From Clostridia bacterium (GTDB lineage: Bacteria > Bacillota > Clostridia > Oscillospirales > Acutalibacteraceae), in assembly GCA_017531385.1 (NCBI GenBank), contig JAFXLD010000043.1, forward strand, positions 15,681-79,680: a DNA stretch of 64,000 bases. Reading direction: 5' to 3'. This document shows positions 36,203 through 47,681 of the stretch, one piece after another. The notes below the pieces were generated by a model that was given only the letters and a program-made list of their open reading frames with translations, did not search any database and was not told the DNA's origin. How positions within the stretch are numbered: the first letter of the stretch is position 1; each line of letters opens with the position of its first letter. The position numbers and the translations under genes are program-made.

Positions 36203-37216
36203 ATGTCAATTCTTATCACAGGCGGAGCCGGTTACATCGGTTCACATACTTGCGTGGAACTTCTTGAAGCAGGTAAGGATATTGTTGTTATCGACAATTA
36301 TTCCAACAGCTGCAGTGAATCTCTTGAAAGAGTAAAAAAAATCACAGGCAAAGACTTTAAGTATTATGAATGTGATATCCGTGACAGAGAAGGACTTGAA
36401 AAAGTTTTTTCTGAAAATAAAATCGAAGCTGTAATTCATTTTGCAGGTCTTAAGGCTGTTGGTGAATCATGTCAGAAGCCCTGGGAATATTACGATAATA
36501 ACATCGCAGGTACTCTTGTTCTTGTTGATGTAATGCGTAAAAACGGCTGTAAAAAGATGGTATTCTCTTCTTCTGCAACTGTTTACGGTGAAGAGAATCA
36601 GGTTCCCTTTGTGGAAACAATGAAAACAGGCACAACAACAAACCCCTACGGCACAACAAAGCTTTATATAGAAAACATTCTTAAAGATATATATAATGCA
36701 GACAATGAATGGAGCATCGTTCTTCTCCGTTACTTCAATCCCGTCGGTGCACATGAAAGCGGACTTATCGGTGAAGCACCCAGTTTCCCCAACAACCTTA
36801 TGCCTTACATTTCACAGGTTGCAGTCGGCAAGAGAGAATTCCTGAGCATTTTCGGTGATTGCTACAACACTCCCGACGGCACAGGTGTAAGAGATTATAT
36901 TCACGTTGTTGACCTTGCGCTCGGTCATGTAAAAGCTATCGACTTTGCACTTCCGAGAACAGGTGTTGAAATTTTCAATCTCGGTACAGGTAACGGTGTA
37001 AGTGTTATCGGTCTCGTTAAAGCTTTTGAAGAAGCTAACAATGTTTCCGTGCCCTATAAAATCGTCGAACCCAGAGCAGGTGACGTTGCATTTTCCTATG
37101 CAAATGCTCAGAAAGCTCTTGAAATTCTCGGTTGGAAAGCCGAAAGAGATGTCAAAAAAATGTGTGAAGACACATGGAGATGGCAGAAAAACAATCCCAA
37201 CGGCTACGTAAACTAA
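36203..37216 (+). CDS. galE: UDP-glucose 4-epimerase
   Basis: 337 aa from [15 protein letters not shown], ...SSSATVYG...YGTTKLYIE...RYFNPVGAH. Confidence 0.92.
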   Translation: MSILITGGAGYIGSHTCVELLEAGKDIVVIDNYSNSCSESLERVKKITGKDFKYYECDIRDREGLEKVFSENKIEAVIHFAGLKAVGESCQKPWEYYDNNIAGTLVLVDVMRKNGCKKMVFSSSATVYGEENQVPFVETMKTGTTTNPYGTTKLYIENILKDIYNADNEWSIVLLRYFNPVGAHESGLIGEAPSFPNNLMPYISQVAVGKREFLSIFGDCYNTPDGTGVRDYIHVVDLALGHVKAIDFALPRTGVEIFNLGTGNGVSVIGLVKAFEEANNVSVPYKIVEPRAGDVAFSYANAQKALEILGWKAERDVKKMCEDTWRWQKNNPNGYVN

Positions 37217-37235
37217 AATTTAAAGGAGGTGCCGT

Positions 37236-38141
37236 ATGAAAAAGTTGATATGCTTTTTGCTTTTACTTATTTTAACGGCATCTTCAATTATTATATCGGC
37301 CGGTTATGAGTCACTTCCCTCACCTGACTGGGTTAAAATAACACTCAATCCTGATGCATCACAAACTCTGACTATCACCACTCCGACCTATATGATCGAC
37401 AAGGTTGATTATTATGAGTACAGCACTGATGATTTTATGACAGTGCAAAAACTGAGCAATAAGGAAGGCGGCGAATTTGTTTTTGAAACGACCTGTGAAT
37501 TCTCACTGAGATATTACAGCAGCGGTATCATGTCGGAAACATATACTGTAGATATCGTTATAAACAAAACAACCGTCATAACAAGCCACTCCACGAATAT
37601 TTCAATTCTGATTCCGTTAGGCTCGCCTATCCCCACCGACATAACTCTTTCGGGTTATGAAATAACCGGCGGAAATGATTATAAAACTGCAAAAAATGAA
37701 ATAGGTGAAGATAAAAGGTTCCGACTTTTCAATATTGCCGTGATGCGAAACAATAAGGAATATAAAACTGAAATTCCCTACAATTACCTTTTTCCCTGCG
37801 GTGATTTTGATGCACGATACTGTCAGATTTACAAAATGGATTCAAGAGGCAGGATGACACTTATTGAAAGCACTCCGGACATGAATATGCGTTTATGCAA
37901 AACGGATATGACAGGATTGTTCCTTGTTGTTGAGGACAAAAGCTATTGCACGGGTGATCTTAACGGTGACGGAAAAATCCTTGCAAACGATGCAAGACTT
38001 GCTCTGAGAATTTCAGCAAAACTTGAAAACGCAACCGAACAGCAGACTGTTTCGGGTGATATAAACAAAAACGGTCGTATAGATGCATCAGATGCAAGAA
38101 TGATTCTCAGAGCTGCTGCATCTTTAGAAAAATTAGACTAA
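37236..38141 (+). CDS. Secreted dockerin-containing protein of unknown function
   Basis: 301 aa with a signal peptide and no recognisable catalytic motif. C-terminal dockerin loops are GDLNGDGKILANDARLALR / GDINKNGRIDASDARMILR. Confidence 0.75.
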   Translation: MKKLICFLLLLILTASSIIISAGYESLPSPDWVKITLNPDASQTLTITTPTYMIDKVDYYEYSTDDFMTVQKLSNKEGGEFVFETTCEFSLRYYSSGIMSETYTVDIVINKTTVITSHSTNISILIPLGSPIPTDITLSGYEITGGNDYKTAKNEIGEDKRFRLFNIAVMRNNKEYKTEIPYNYLFPCGDFDARYCQIYKMDSRGRMTLIESTPDMNMRLCKTDMTGLFLVVEDKSYCTGDLNGDGKILANDARLALRISAKLENATEQQTVSGDINKNGRIDASDARMILRAAASLEKLD

Positions 38142-38153
38142 GGAGTTTGTATT

Positions 38154-39599
38154 ATGGATATACCGGCAAAACTTCTGAAAACGGCTATGGATCTTGTTAA
38201 AAGCAATGCCCATAAAAAACATTTGAAAAACAGTGCAGAACCTCTCGCTGAGGGTGTTTTTGATAAATCCGATGCAGAGCCTGCAAAGAATTTTACTTTC
38301 GGTTTCGGCAAGGCTGTAATAATGCCTGAAGAAAAGATTCCAAACAAAAAGAAAACCTACTATGTTGCAGGTTACAGAATAAACAATCCTGCTGTGGGTG
38401 TTCTTGATGACCTTATGACAAAAGCCTTATGGATAGATGATAATTCGGGCAGAGGCGGTATGGTTCTTGTTTCTGTTGACTGCGTAGGACTTTTCGGAGT
38501 TGATGTGGCAGAAATCAGAAAAAGACTCGAGCATTTTTGTATTATTACAGGTTGCAGAAGTGTGAATATCTGCTCAACTCACTGCCATGCAGGAATTGAC
38601 ACAATGGGTATGTGGGGACCTCTTCCGAAAACAGGCAGAGATAAAGATTTCATGGAAATTGTTTACAAAGGCGTTATTTCAGCTGTTGAACAAGCCTACA
38701 AAAACAGAGGCTCAGGTCAGATCTATCTCGGCTACGGTAAAGCTGATAAAGGCGCTCAGAATGCACCGAGACCTCCTCATGTTGTTTCTGATGCAATTAC
38801 AAGACTTCGTTTTGTTCCCGATGACGGCTCAAAAGAAGTTTATATGATAAATTTTGCATCTCATCCCGAATCACTGCAAGGCAAAAACTCATTGGTCAGT
38901 GCAGACTTCCCTTGCTACATGGCAAAGTACATAGACGAAAATAAAAATGCGGAAATGATGTATTTTGCCGGTGCAATCGGCGGAATATGCATGAACGATA
39001 TGGACGAAAACAACATAATTTCAACCATAAAAACAGGTCATAGGCTTGGTGAAATTATTTGTGATATAAAAAAGGAAAAGAAGCTTACCCCGAAAATCAA
39101 TATTCTGCGACAGGAAATGTATCTTTCTTGTGACAATCCTGTTTTCTGGGCAGCATCTAAACTTAAAATTATTCCTGAAAAAATTATCGTAACAGGTGAA
39201 GGAAAACTGAATCTCGGAATGAAAGCAGAGCTGTCATATATTCAGTTCGGAGAGCTCAATATGTTGCTCATTCCCGGTGAACTTTTCCCCGAGCTTGCTT
39301 ACGGTGGTTATCTTTCAAAAGAAGAATCTTCAATTGACGCTTCACCGGATATTAACCCAAAGCCACTGTGCGAAATTGCAGATGACGAAAAACTTCTTGT
39401 TTTCGGTCTTGCTAACGGTGAAATCGGTTATATTCTCACACCCAATGATTATCTGCTTCACCCGTCACTTCCCTTCATTGAGCAGCCAAGGGATAAATTC
39501 GGCAGAAATCATTATCCCGAAACTAACTCACTGGGACCGAAAACGGCATATTATATAGCAGATACATTCAAAAAAATGATGAAAAAAATTAATAAATAA
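38154..39599 (+). CDS. Hypothetical protein, possibly neutral/alkaline-ceramidase-like hydrolase (tentative)
   Basis: 481 aa. The N-terminal half (GYRINNPAVGVLDDLMTKALWIDD...VLVSVDCVG...ICSTHCHAGIDTMG) resembles the neutral ceramidase N-domain layout. The call is from memory and needs a profile search. Confidence 0.4.
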   Translation: MDIPAKLLKTAMDLVKSNAHKKHLKNSAEPLAEGVFDKSDAEPAKNFTFGFGKAVIMPEEKIPNKKKTYYVAGYRINNPAVGVLDDLMTKALWIDDNSGRGGMVLVSVDCVGLFGVDVAEIRKRLEHFCIITGCRSVNICSTHCHAGIDTMGMWGPLPKTGRDKDFMEIVYKGVISAVEQAYKNRGSGQIYLGYGKADKGAQNAPRPPHVVSDAITRLRFVPDDGSKEVYMINFASHPESLQGKNSLVSADFPCYMAKYIDENKNAEMMYFAGAIGGICMNDMDENNIISTIKTGHRLGEIICDIKKEKKLTPKINILRQEMYLSCDNPVFWAASKLKIIPEKIIVTGEGKLNLGMKAELSYIQFGELNMLLIPGELFPELAYGGYLSKEESSIDASPDINPKPLCEIADDEKLLVFGLANGEIGYILTPNDYLLHPSLPFIEQPRDKFGRNHYPETNSLGPKTAYYIADTFKKMMKKINK

Positions 39600-39630
39600 T
39601 GATGTTTTTAATATAAAGGAGATGATATAA

Positions 39631-40869
39631 ATGTTTGTAGCGGTTATGGGATTCGGAACTGTTGGCTCCGGCGTTGCAGAGCTTCTCGACAAAAACCACG
39701 ACAGCATTGTCAAAAAAAGTATGCAGGATTCTTTGGAGCTGAAGTATATTCTCGATATCAGAGATTTTCCCGACAGCCCCTATAAAGATAAACTGATAAA
39801 AGATTTCAACATCATTCTCAACGATCCTGAAGTAAAAATTGTTGTTGAAACAATGGGCGGTGTCACATTTGCTTATGACTTCGTCAAGAAGCTTCTTCTT
39901 GCAGGAAAGAGTGTTGTAACATCAAACAAAGAGCTTGTTGCACAGCACGGTTATGAGCTTCTTACAATTGCAAACGAAAAGAATGTAAACTTCCTGTTTG
40001 AAGCAAGTGTCGGCGGTGGTATTCCCATCATCAGACCTATGACTCAGTGCCTTGCTGCAAATGAAATCGACGAAATTGCAGGTATTCTCAACGGTACAAC
40101 AAACTACATCCTGACAAAGATGATAACAGAAAATCAGAGCTTTGACGAAGCACTCAAAAAGGCTCAGGAGCTCGGATATGCTGAAAAAGATCCCACAGCC
40201 GATGTAGACGGTCACGATTCATGCCGTAAGATCTGTATTCTTGCAGCTCTTGCATTCGGCAAGCACGTTTATCCCGATTCTGTTCATACAGAAGGTATAA
40301 GAAAAATCACTCTCGGCGACGTCGCATATGCATCCTGCTGGGGCGGTGTTATCAAGCTTATTGCAACAGCTAAAAAGCTTGATAACGGTCAGATCAATGT
40401 AACAGTCGGCCCCACATTTGTTGCTCTTCACAGTCAGCTTGCAAGTGTTGACGATGTTTTCAATGCAGCACTCATTAGAGGTGACGCAACAGGTGATGTG
40501 GTATTCTACGGCAAAGGTGCAGGCAAAATGCCCACAGCTTCTGCTGTTGTGGCTGACGTTATCGATGCAGCTAAGCACATTCAGAAGAAGAAATTCTTCG
40601 GTTGGGATGCAGCAGAAGACAACTATGTTGCTGATTACAACAATGCTGTCACTGCGCTCTATGTGAGAGGCACAACTGATGACAAACAGGCTGTTATCAA
40701 GGCTCTCAACGATTCAATCGGTGCTGTACATGTTCTTACACGTGAAAATGCACCCGAAAATGAAATTGCCTTTGTTACAAATCCTGCAACAGAAGGCGAA
40801 CTCAAAAAGAAAATCAATGCTGTAAACGGTCTTTCAGTTGATTCAGTTATCCGTGTGGCTGATTATTGA
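39631..40869 (+). CDS. hom: Homoserine dehydrogenase with C-terminal ACT domain
   Basis: 412 aa, VAVMGFGTVGSGV...TSNKELVA...FEASVGGGIPII...GILNGTTNYIL...GYAE.DP..DV.G.D. Confidence 0.9.
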   Translation: MFVAVMGFGTVGSGVAELLDKNHDSIVKKSMQDSLELKYILDIRDFPDSPYKDKLIKDFNIILNDPEVKIVVETMGGVTFAYDFVKKLLLAGKSVVTSNKELVAQHGYELLTIANEKNVNFLFEASVGGGIPIIRPMTQCLAANEIDEIAGILNGTTNYILTKMITENQSFDEALKKAQELGYAEKDPTADVDGHDSCRKICILAALAFGKHVYPDSVHTEGIRKITLGDVAYASCWGGVIKLIATAKKLDNGQINVTVGPTFVALHSQLASVDDVFNAALIRGDATGDVVFYGKGAGKMPTASAVVADVIDAAKHIQKKKFFGWDAAEDNYVADYNNAVTALYVRGTTDDKQAVIKALNDSIGAVHVLTRENAPENEIAFVTNPATEGELKKKINAVNGLSVDSVIRVADY

Positions 40870-40885
40870 TTATATATAAAAGCAT

Positions 40886-40916
40886 AAAAATCCCTCATAT
40901 ACGAGGGATTTTTTTA
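40886..40916. terminator. Bidirectional terminator between hom and spoIIID
   Basis: AAAAATCCCTC-ATATAC-GAGGGATTTTTTT. A second hairpin, GGTCGC-N9-GCGACC GTTTTC, follows at 40930-40957. Confidence 0.65.
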
Positions 40917-40968
40917 CTTTACAGGAAATGGTCGCATCGATACAGCGACCGTTTTCTTATATATCTCT

Positions 40969-41217
40969 TTACTTTTTAAGATACTTTTCTTTAGTCGCCT
41001 GACCGCCTCTGATGTGTCTTTGAGCCTTATTGTCATCAAGAACTTTGCGCACTTCTATGTAAAGCGACGGACTTGCTTTTTTCAGCCTGCCTGAAACATC
41101 TGAATGCACTGTACTTTTGGATATTCCGAATTTTTTTGCAGCAGCACGGACTGTGGTATTATTTTCAACTATATATTCACCAAGCTCAATTGCTCTTTCC
41201 TCTACAAACGTTTTCAA
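40969..41217 (-). CDS. spoIIID: Sporulation transcriptional regulator SpoIIID
   Basis: 82 aa from a TTG start (AAGGAGG 8 nt upstream). LKTFVEERAIELGEYIVENNTTVRAAAKKFGISKSTVHSDVSGRL...RHIRGGQATKEKY is collinear with B. subtilis SpoIIID. Confidence 0.85.
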   Translation of the reverse strand: MKTFVEERAIELGEYIVENNTTVRAAAKKFGISKSTVHSDVSGRLKKASPSLYIEVRKVLDDNKAQRHIRGGQATKEKYLKK

Positions 41218-41278
41218 AGAAAAAACCTCCTTAAACCATATCATTCAATAGATATGAATTAAAGAGGTATAATATGAA

Positions 41279-42478
41279 TTATTGTTTTGCTATAATGCTG
41301 TCCACAAACTGTTTTGCAACTCTGGCACTTCTGCCGCCTTTTATGAGTGCAAACCGTTCTGCTTCCATAAACATTTTTTCTTCATCATATTCAATGTTAT
41401 GATGTTCTGCAATGTTTCTGACGATGTCAAGATAACATTCTTTCGAAGGTTTTACGAATGTGATGCAAAGTCCGAATCTCTCTGAAAGTGACATCAGCTC
41501 CTGAACGGTGTCGTTACGATGGATATCGTCGCTTGAATCCCTTTCTTTGAATGATTCCTTGACAATATGACGTCTGTTACTTGTGGCATAAATGGCTACA
41601 TTGCCGGATTTTGCCGACACGGAGCCTTCAAGAATTGCCTTAAGTGCGCTGAAGTTATCGTCCGTCTGATTGAAAGACAAATCATCAATAAACAGAATGA
41701 ATTTAAGAGGATTGATGCTCAGTTCATCTATGATAACGGGAATATCAACAAGCTGGTCTTTGCGGACTTCAATGATACGAAGTCCCTGATTTTTGAACTC
41801 ATTCACAACTGCCTTGATTGTTGAAGATTTACCCGTGCCTGCATCACCTGAAAGCAGAATGTTTGCGGCAGGTTTACCTTCAAGCAGAGCCTTTGTGTTA
41901 TCAATAACAGCCTGTCTTTCGTTTCTGTAACCCGACAAATCGGCAAGTGTGACAGGATCGGGATGCTTTACGGGACAGATAACCGAGTCTTTGACATTGA
42001 ACATATGATATTTTGCATATATACCGTAACCGAATTTGCCGATATCGGCACATCTGCTGAAATATTCAGCTTCAAAGTCAATTTCAGAAGTCTTCCATGA
42101 AGGCAGAAAACCATCATAGACGATAAATTCTTTGAGTTTATCATGAGTCAGTCTTGAAATTTCTTCAAAAACAGAAAGCTCAGCACGGACACAACTGTTG
42201 AGTTCATCTGAAATAATCTGACCGTTTGCAACCTTTCTGATGAACACATTTTCATCGTTTGTGACGATAGTCAGAATGTATCTGCTCAGGTTGTCCGTAT
42301 GAGCATAAAGCTCATGGGCAAATCTGCCGTATCTGTTCACTTTTTCGGACACATCGGCATCTTCCGAATCAAGAAGCTTCATAAGAGCCGACACAACATC
42401 GTCTTTTAAAAGATTTCTGAACACCGCAACTGCGTGAAGCCGTGTTGCGAGAAGATTTATATTGTTCATATATTTCAC
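41279..42478 (-). CDS. DUF815-family AAA ATPase
   Basis: 399 aa with Walker A LLSGDAGTGKSS and Walker B FILFIDDLSF, a layout typical of COG2607/DUF815. Confidence 0.75.
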   Translation of the reverse strand: MKYMNNINLLATRLHAVAVFRNLLKDDVVSALMKLLDSEDADVSEKVNRYGRFAHELYAHTDNLSRYILTIVTNDENVFIRKVANGQIISDELNSCVRAELSVFEEISRLTHDKLKEFIVYDGFLPSWKTSEIDFEAEYFSRCADIGKFGYGIYAKYHMFNVKDSVICPVKHPDPVTLADLSGYRNERQAVIDNTKALLEGKPAANILLSGDAGTGKSSTIKAVVNEFKNQGLRIIEVRKDQLVDIPVIIDELSINPLKFILFIDDLSFNQTDDNFSALKAILEGSVSAKSGNVAIYATSNRRHIVKESFKERDSSDDIHRNDTVQELMSLSERFGLCITFVKPSKECYLDIVRNIAEHHNIEYDEEKMFMEAERFALIKGGRSARVAKQFVDSIIAKQ

Positions 42479-42533
42479 TTCTTTTAATTAAATCGCAACG
42501 GACGCCCGATGGGCGCCCCTACGATTGTTTTAA

Positions 42534-44195
42534 TCAATCTACTTTAAGAATTGCGCCTTTTGAGCCGCTCTGAACAAGTGCCGCATAACGCTTATGATAA
42601 CCTGTGAGTTCTTTTGTCTTGGGAACAAACGAAGCCATTCTTCTGTCGATCTCCTCCTGAGGAACCTTCAGTTCAAGCTTGTTTGCAGGGATATCGATGC
42701 TGATAATATCGCCGTCTTCGACAATACCGATAATACCGCCTGATGCAGCTTCGGGTGAAACGTGACCGATTGCAGCACCTCTTGTTGCACCGCTGAAACG
42801 ACCGTCTGTGATAAGAGCTACTGAGCTGCCCAGGCCCATACCGACAATTGCAGATGTGGGATTAAGCATTTCTCTCATACCGGGACCACCCTTGGGTCCT
42901 TCATAACGGATAACAACAACGTCACCGGGTACGATTTTACCGCCGTTGATGGCAGCCTGAGCATCTTCTTCGCAGTCAAATACCTTTGCAGGACCCTCGT
43001 GAGAAAGCATCTCTGGAGCAACTGCAGAGCGTTTTACAACGCTTCCGTCAGGAGCAAGATTGCCCTTGAGAACAGCAATACCGCCTGTTTCGCTGAACGG
43101 GTTTTCAATGGGTCTGATGATATTTGTATCCATATTGAATGCATTTTCAATATTCTCCCCTACTGTCTTACCTGTTGCAGTAATGAGGTCAGTATGAAGA
43201 AGGCCTTTTTTGTTAAGTTCGTTCATAACGGCATAAACACCGCCTGCCTCTTCAAGCTCTTCCATATAATTTCTGCCTGCAGGGGCAAGATGACAGAGGT
43301 TGGGAGTTTTATCACTGATTTTATTTGCAATATCAAGGTCAATATCAATACCGCATTCATTTGCTATTGCAGGAAGATGAAGCATTGTGTTTGTTGAACA
43401 GCCCAGAGCCATATCAACTGTAAGTGCATTTTCAAATGCTTCCTTAGTCATGATGTCACGGGGTCTGATGTCTTTTCTGACAAGCTCCATGATCTTCATA
43501 CCTGCGTGCTTTGCAAGTTCAATTCTCTGTGAATAAACAGCGGGAATTGTACCGTTACCGCGAAGTCCCATACCGATAGCTTCTGTAAGACAGTTCATTG
43601 AGTTTGCTGTGTACATACCTGAACATGAACCGCATGTGGGACATGTCTTACATTCATACTCATGAAGCTTTTCTGCAGTTATTGTTCCTGCATTATACTG
43701 ACCTACAGCTTCTGAAATACTTGAGAAACTGACCTTTGCACCGTCCATGTGACCTGCAAGCATAGGTCCGCCGCTTACGAAAATACAGGGAATGTTAAGT
43801 CTTGCAGCAGCCATAAGAAGTCCGGGGACATTCTTATCGCAGTTGGGAACCATAACAAGAGCATCGAATCCGTGAGCAAGTGCCATAGCTTCTGTTGAGT
43901 CAGCGATAAGGTCACGGGTGATAAGCGAATACTTCATGCCCTTGTGTCCCATAGCGATACCGTCGCACACTGCGATTGCAGGGAAAACGATGGGTGTACC
44001 GCCTGCTGATGCAACACCGAGTTTTACTGCATCGACAATTTTATCTATATTTGTGTGACCGGGAACAATCTCATTGTAAGAGCTTACAATACCAATCATG
44101 GGCTTTGCAATCTCTTCATCGGTAAGTCCCAGAGCATGATACAAAGCTCTGTGAGGAGCGTTTGTTATGCCGTTTTTAAGGTAATCACTAACCAT
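42534..44195 (-). CDS. ilvD: Dihydroxy-acid dehydratase
   Basis: 553 aa, ...CDKNVPG...TDGRFSG...; full-length IlvD/Edd family. Confidence 0.95.
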   Translation of the reverse strand: MVSDYLKNGITNAPHRALYHALGLTDEEIAKPMIGIVSSYNEIVPGHTNIDKIVDAVKLGVASAGGTPIVFPAIAVCDGIAMGHKGMKYSLITRDLIADSTEAMALAHGFDALVMVPNCDKNVPGLLMAAARLNIPCIFVSGGPMLAGHMDGAKVSFSSISEAVGQYNAGTITAEKLHEYECKTCPTCGSCSGMYTANSMNCLTEAIGMGLRGNGTIPAVYSQRIELAKHAGMKIMELVRKDIRPRDIMTKEAFENALTVDMALGCSTNTMLHLPAIANECGIDIDLDIANKISDKTPNLCHLAPAGRNYMEELEEAGGVYAVMNELNKKGLLHTDLITATGKTVGENIENAFNMDTNIIRPIENPFSETGGIAVLKGNLAPDGSVVKRSAVAPEMLSHEGPAKVFDCEEDAQAAINGGKIVPGDVVVIRYEGPKGGPGMREMLNPTSAIVGMGLGSSVALITDGRFSGATRGAAIGHVSPEAASGGIIGIVEDGDIISIDIPANKLELKVPQEEIDRRMASFVPKTKELTGYHKRYAALVQSGSKGAILKVD

Positions 44196-44213
44196 AGTTC
44201 TTTCTCCTTTTTT

Positions 44214-44248
44214 TGCAAAACTGCACCAACCGAAGACGATTGATGCAG
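44214..44248 (-). terminator. Strong hairpin plus U-run between ilvC and ilvD (internal attenuator/terminator or processing stabiliser)
   Basis: The minus strand reads CTGCATCAATCG-TCTT-CGGTTGGTGCAG (12 bp including G-U pairs) followed by TTTTGC. The ilvD SD follows within about 20 nt, so there is no room for a promoter. Confidence 0.5.
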
Positions 44249-44260
44249 ATTGAACTCATA

Positions 44261-45307
<1,047 letters not shown>

Positions 45308-45315
45308 TTACAATT

Positions 45316-45816
45316 TTAATTTTCATTAAGTATGCTTCCGTTACCTCTTTTAAGAGCTACAATACCTGTACGGCAGACTTCGATAATTCCGAATTCTTCC
45401 ACAAGGTCAACGAAGGCATCAATTTTTGAGGACTCACCTGTTATTTCAATAATCATAGCTTCCGTGCCGTAATCGACAACCTTTGCTCTGAAAATGTCAA
45501 CAACACTCATTATGTCCTGTCTTGAGTCTTTGCTGTTCTTTATTTTTACAAGAACAAGCTCTCTTGAAACAGATTCACCCTTCTGAAGCTCTGTAAGACA
45601 CTCAACATCGGGCATCTTTGCCAATTGACGGATAATCTGATTCTTTACAGTGTCATCACCGTTGAAAGTGACAGTCATTCTTGAATATTCGGGGTTTTCC
45701 GTTTCACCAACGGTAAGAGAGTCAATATTGAAACCTCTTCTTCTGAACATACTTGAAATTCTTGCAAGTACGCCGTACTGGTTACGAACGAAAACTGAAA
45801 GTACGTGTCTGTCCAT
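45316..45816 (-). CDS. ilvN: Acetolactate synthase small (regulatory) subunit
   Basis: 166 aa from MDRHVLSVFVRNQYGVLARISSMFRRRGFNIDSLTVG (ACT domain). The start lies next to the ilvB stop. Confidence 0.92.
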   Translation of the reverse strand: MDRHVLSVFVRNQYGVLARISSMFRRRGFNIDSLTVGETENPEYSRMTVTFNGDDTVKNQIIRQLAKMPDVECLTELQKGESVSRELVLVKIKNSKDSRQDIMSVVDIFRAKVVDYGTEAMIIEITGESSKIDAFVDLVEEFGIIEVCRTGIVALKRGNGSILNEN

Positions 45817-45817
45817 A

Positions 45818-47488
45818 TCAGTTACCAACCCTTTCAACAATGATGTCGTCCATTGAACCACCCGGAGGAAGCATGGGAAGAACCATTTCATCCTTATCAA
45901 TGAAACATTCTATAAGCACAGGGCCTTCTGCTTCGATTGCCGATTTCATTGTTTTCTCAAAATCAGCCATTTCGGTACATCTGTAACCCTTGACACCGAA
46001 AGCTTCGGCAAGACGGACAAAATCAGTCTTTCTGTCAAGCACAGTGTTTGAATAGTGCTGATTGAAGAAAAGATTCTGCCACTGACGGACCATTCCGAGC
46101 ACGCCGTTATTCATTATAACGATAACAACGGGGACATTGTATGATGCAGCCGTTGCAAGCTCATTAAGGCACATACCGAAACTGCCGTCACCTGTTATGA
46201 GGACTGTTTTCTGTCCCGAACCGATTGCAGAGCCGATCGCAGCACCAAGACCAAATCCCATTGTACCAAGACCGCCGCTTGAAACGAATTTTCTCGGCTT
46301 TCCGAATTCACAGAACTGTGCAGACCACATCTGATGCTGTCCGACGTCTGTTGCTACGGGCATATCGTCTGTTTTGCACTTATTAATGACCTGAATTATA
46401 TTGTAAGGATTCATTTTGCCAGAAACGGGAATGTGTTTCTTTTCTTCAACAATGAAATCCTTTACCTGACTCATCCATTCGGGATGTTCTGCCTTTTCGA
46501 CACCGTCAATAATCTGAGAAAGAGCCATTTTAACATCACTGCATATTCCGAGATGTGCAATAATGTTTTTATCGATTTCAGCTTTATCGGTATCGATATG
46601 GATAATCTTCGCTTTGGGAGCATATTTTGCCTTGTTACCTGTTGCTCTGTCAGAGAATCGGGCACCGACGGTAATGATAAGGTCTGCATTATGCTGAGCC
46701 ATAGACGAAGCATAATGACCGTGCATACCCTGCATACCGAGGAATCTCTCATTTGAGTTTTCTATAGCGGAAATACCCATGAGTGAACAACCGATAACAG
46801 CATCAATTTTTTCTGCAAGAGCCTTTACTTCTTCGCTTGCATTACCCGAAATTGTACCGCCGCCACAGTATATGTAAGGTCTTTTTGCTTCATTGATAAG
46901 CTTTATTGCACTCTCGATTTTATGAGGTTTGGGAGGAATCTTTACAAATGGCGCAACGGGAGCTTCGGGCTCATATTCACAAAGAGCCACCTGAACATCC
47001 TTGGGAATATCCACAAGCACGGGACCGGGTCTGCCTGATTTGGCAAGCTTAAATGCTTCTCTTAAAGTTTCAGCAAGCTTTGAAACCTTATTAACAAAGT
47101 AATTGTGCTTTGTAATGGGCATTGTGATACCCGTTATGTCAACTTCCTGAAAACTGTCTCTGCCGATAAGGTCGTTTGATACGTTACCCGTAATTGCAAC
47201 CATAGGAACAGAATCAAGGTAAGCTGTTGCAATACCTGTTACAAGGTTTGTGGCACCGGGACCTGATGTTGCAATACATACACCGACTTTGCCTGTTGTT
47301 CTTGCATAACCGTCAGCAGCATGGGATGCACCCTGCTCGTGAGCCACAAGAATGTGCTTTATATCGTCCTGATGCTCATATAATCTGTCATAAATGTTGA
47401 TAACCTGTCCTCCGGGATAACCGAAAACAACATCAACTTCCTGTTCCATCAATGTTCTGACAAGTATTTCAGCACCTGATAATTTCAT
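45818..47488 (-). CDS. ilvB: Acetolactate synthase large subunit (ThDP-dependent)
   Basis: 556 aa from MKLSGAEILVRTLMEQEVDVVFGYPGG, with the ThDP motif GDGSF...NN. The N-terminal extension in the track ORF runs through the intergenic repeat and is rejected. Confidence 0.93.
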   Translation of the reverse strand: MKLSGAEILVRTLMEQEVDVVFGYPGGQVINIYDRLYEHQDDIKHILVAHEQGASHAADGYARTTGKVGVCIATSGPGATNLVTGIATAYLDSVPMVAITGNVSNDLIGRDSFQEVDITGITMPITKHNYFVNKVSKLAETLREAFKLAKSGRPGPVLVDIPKDVQVALCEYEPEAPVAPFVKIPPKPHKIESAIKLINEAKRPYIYCGGGTISGNASEEVKALAEKIDAVIGCSLMGISAIENSNERFLGMQGMHGHYASSMAQHNADLIITVGARFSDRATGNKAKYAPKAKIIHIDTDKAEIDKNIIAHLGICSDVKMALSQIIDGVEKAEHPEWMSQVKDFIVEEKKHIPVSGKMNPYNIIQVINKCKTDDMPVATDVGQHQMWSAQFCEFGKPRKFVSSGGLGTMGFGLGAAIGSAIGSGQKTVLITGDGSFGMCLNELATAASYNVPVVIVIMNNGVLGMVRQWQNLFFNQHYSNTVLDRKTDFVRLAEAFGVKGYRCTEMADFEKTMKSAIEAEGPVLIECFIDKDEMVLPMLPPGGSMDDIIVERVGN

Positions 47489-47505
47489 TACTTCACCACA
47501 CAAAT

Positions 47506-47560
47506 CAATTCTCAATTCGCAATTTGAAATGCTCAATTATCGGAAGTCGCGATGCGACTT
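47506..47560 (-). repeat. Intergenic repeat copy A (hairpin + AATTGCGAATTG motif), inside the presumed ilvB 5' UTR
   Basis: The minus strand reads AAGTCGC-ATC-GCGACTT CCGATAATTGAGCATTTCAAATTGCGAATTGAGAATTG. Confidence 0.55.
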
Positions 47561-47616
47561 GAATTGATAATCAGTCAAAACAAATACTGTAATTAAGAAA
47601 TGAAAATTATTTTGAT

Positions 47617-47645
47617 ATTATATAATATATTAATTTATAATTCAA
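47617..47645 (-). promoter_or_regulatory. Candidate ilvB promoter
   Basis: The minus strand reads TTGAAT-17 nt-TATAAT. The region is very AT-rich, so alternatives exist. Confidence 0.35.
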
Positions 47646-47681
47646 GTATTATTTTAAAATATTAGCGTATATTAAAGGGGC

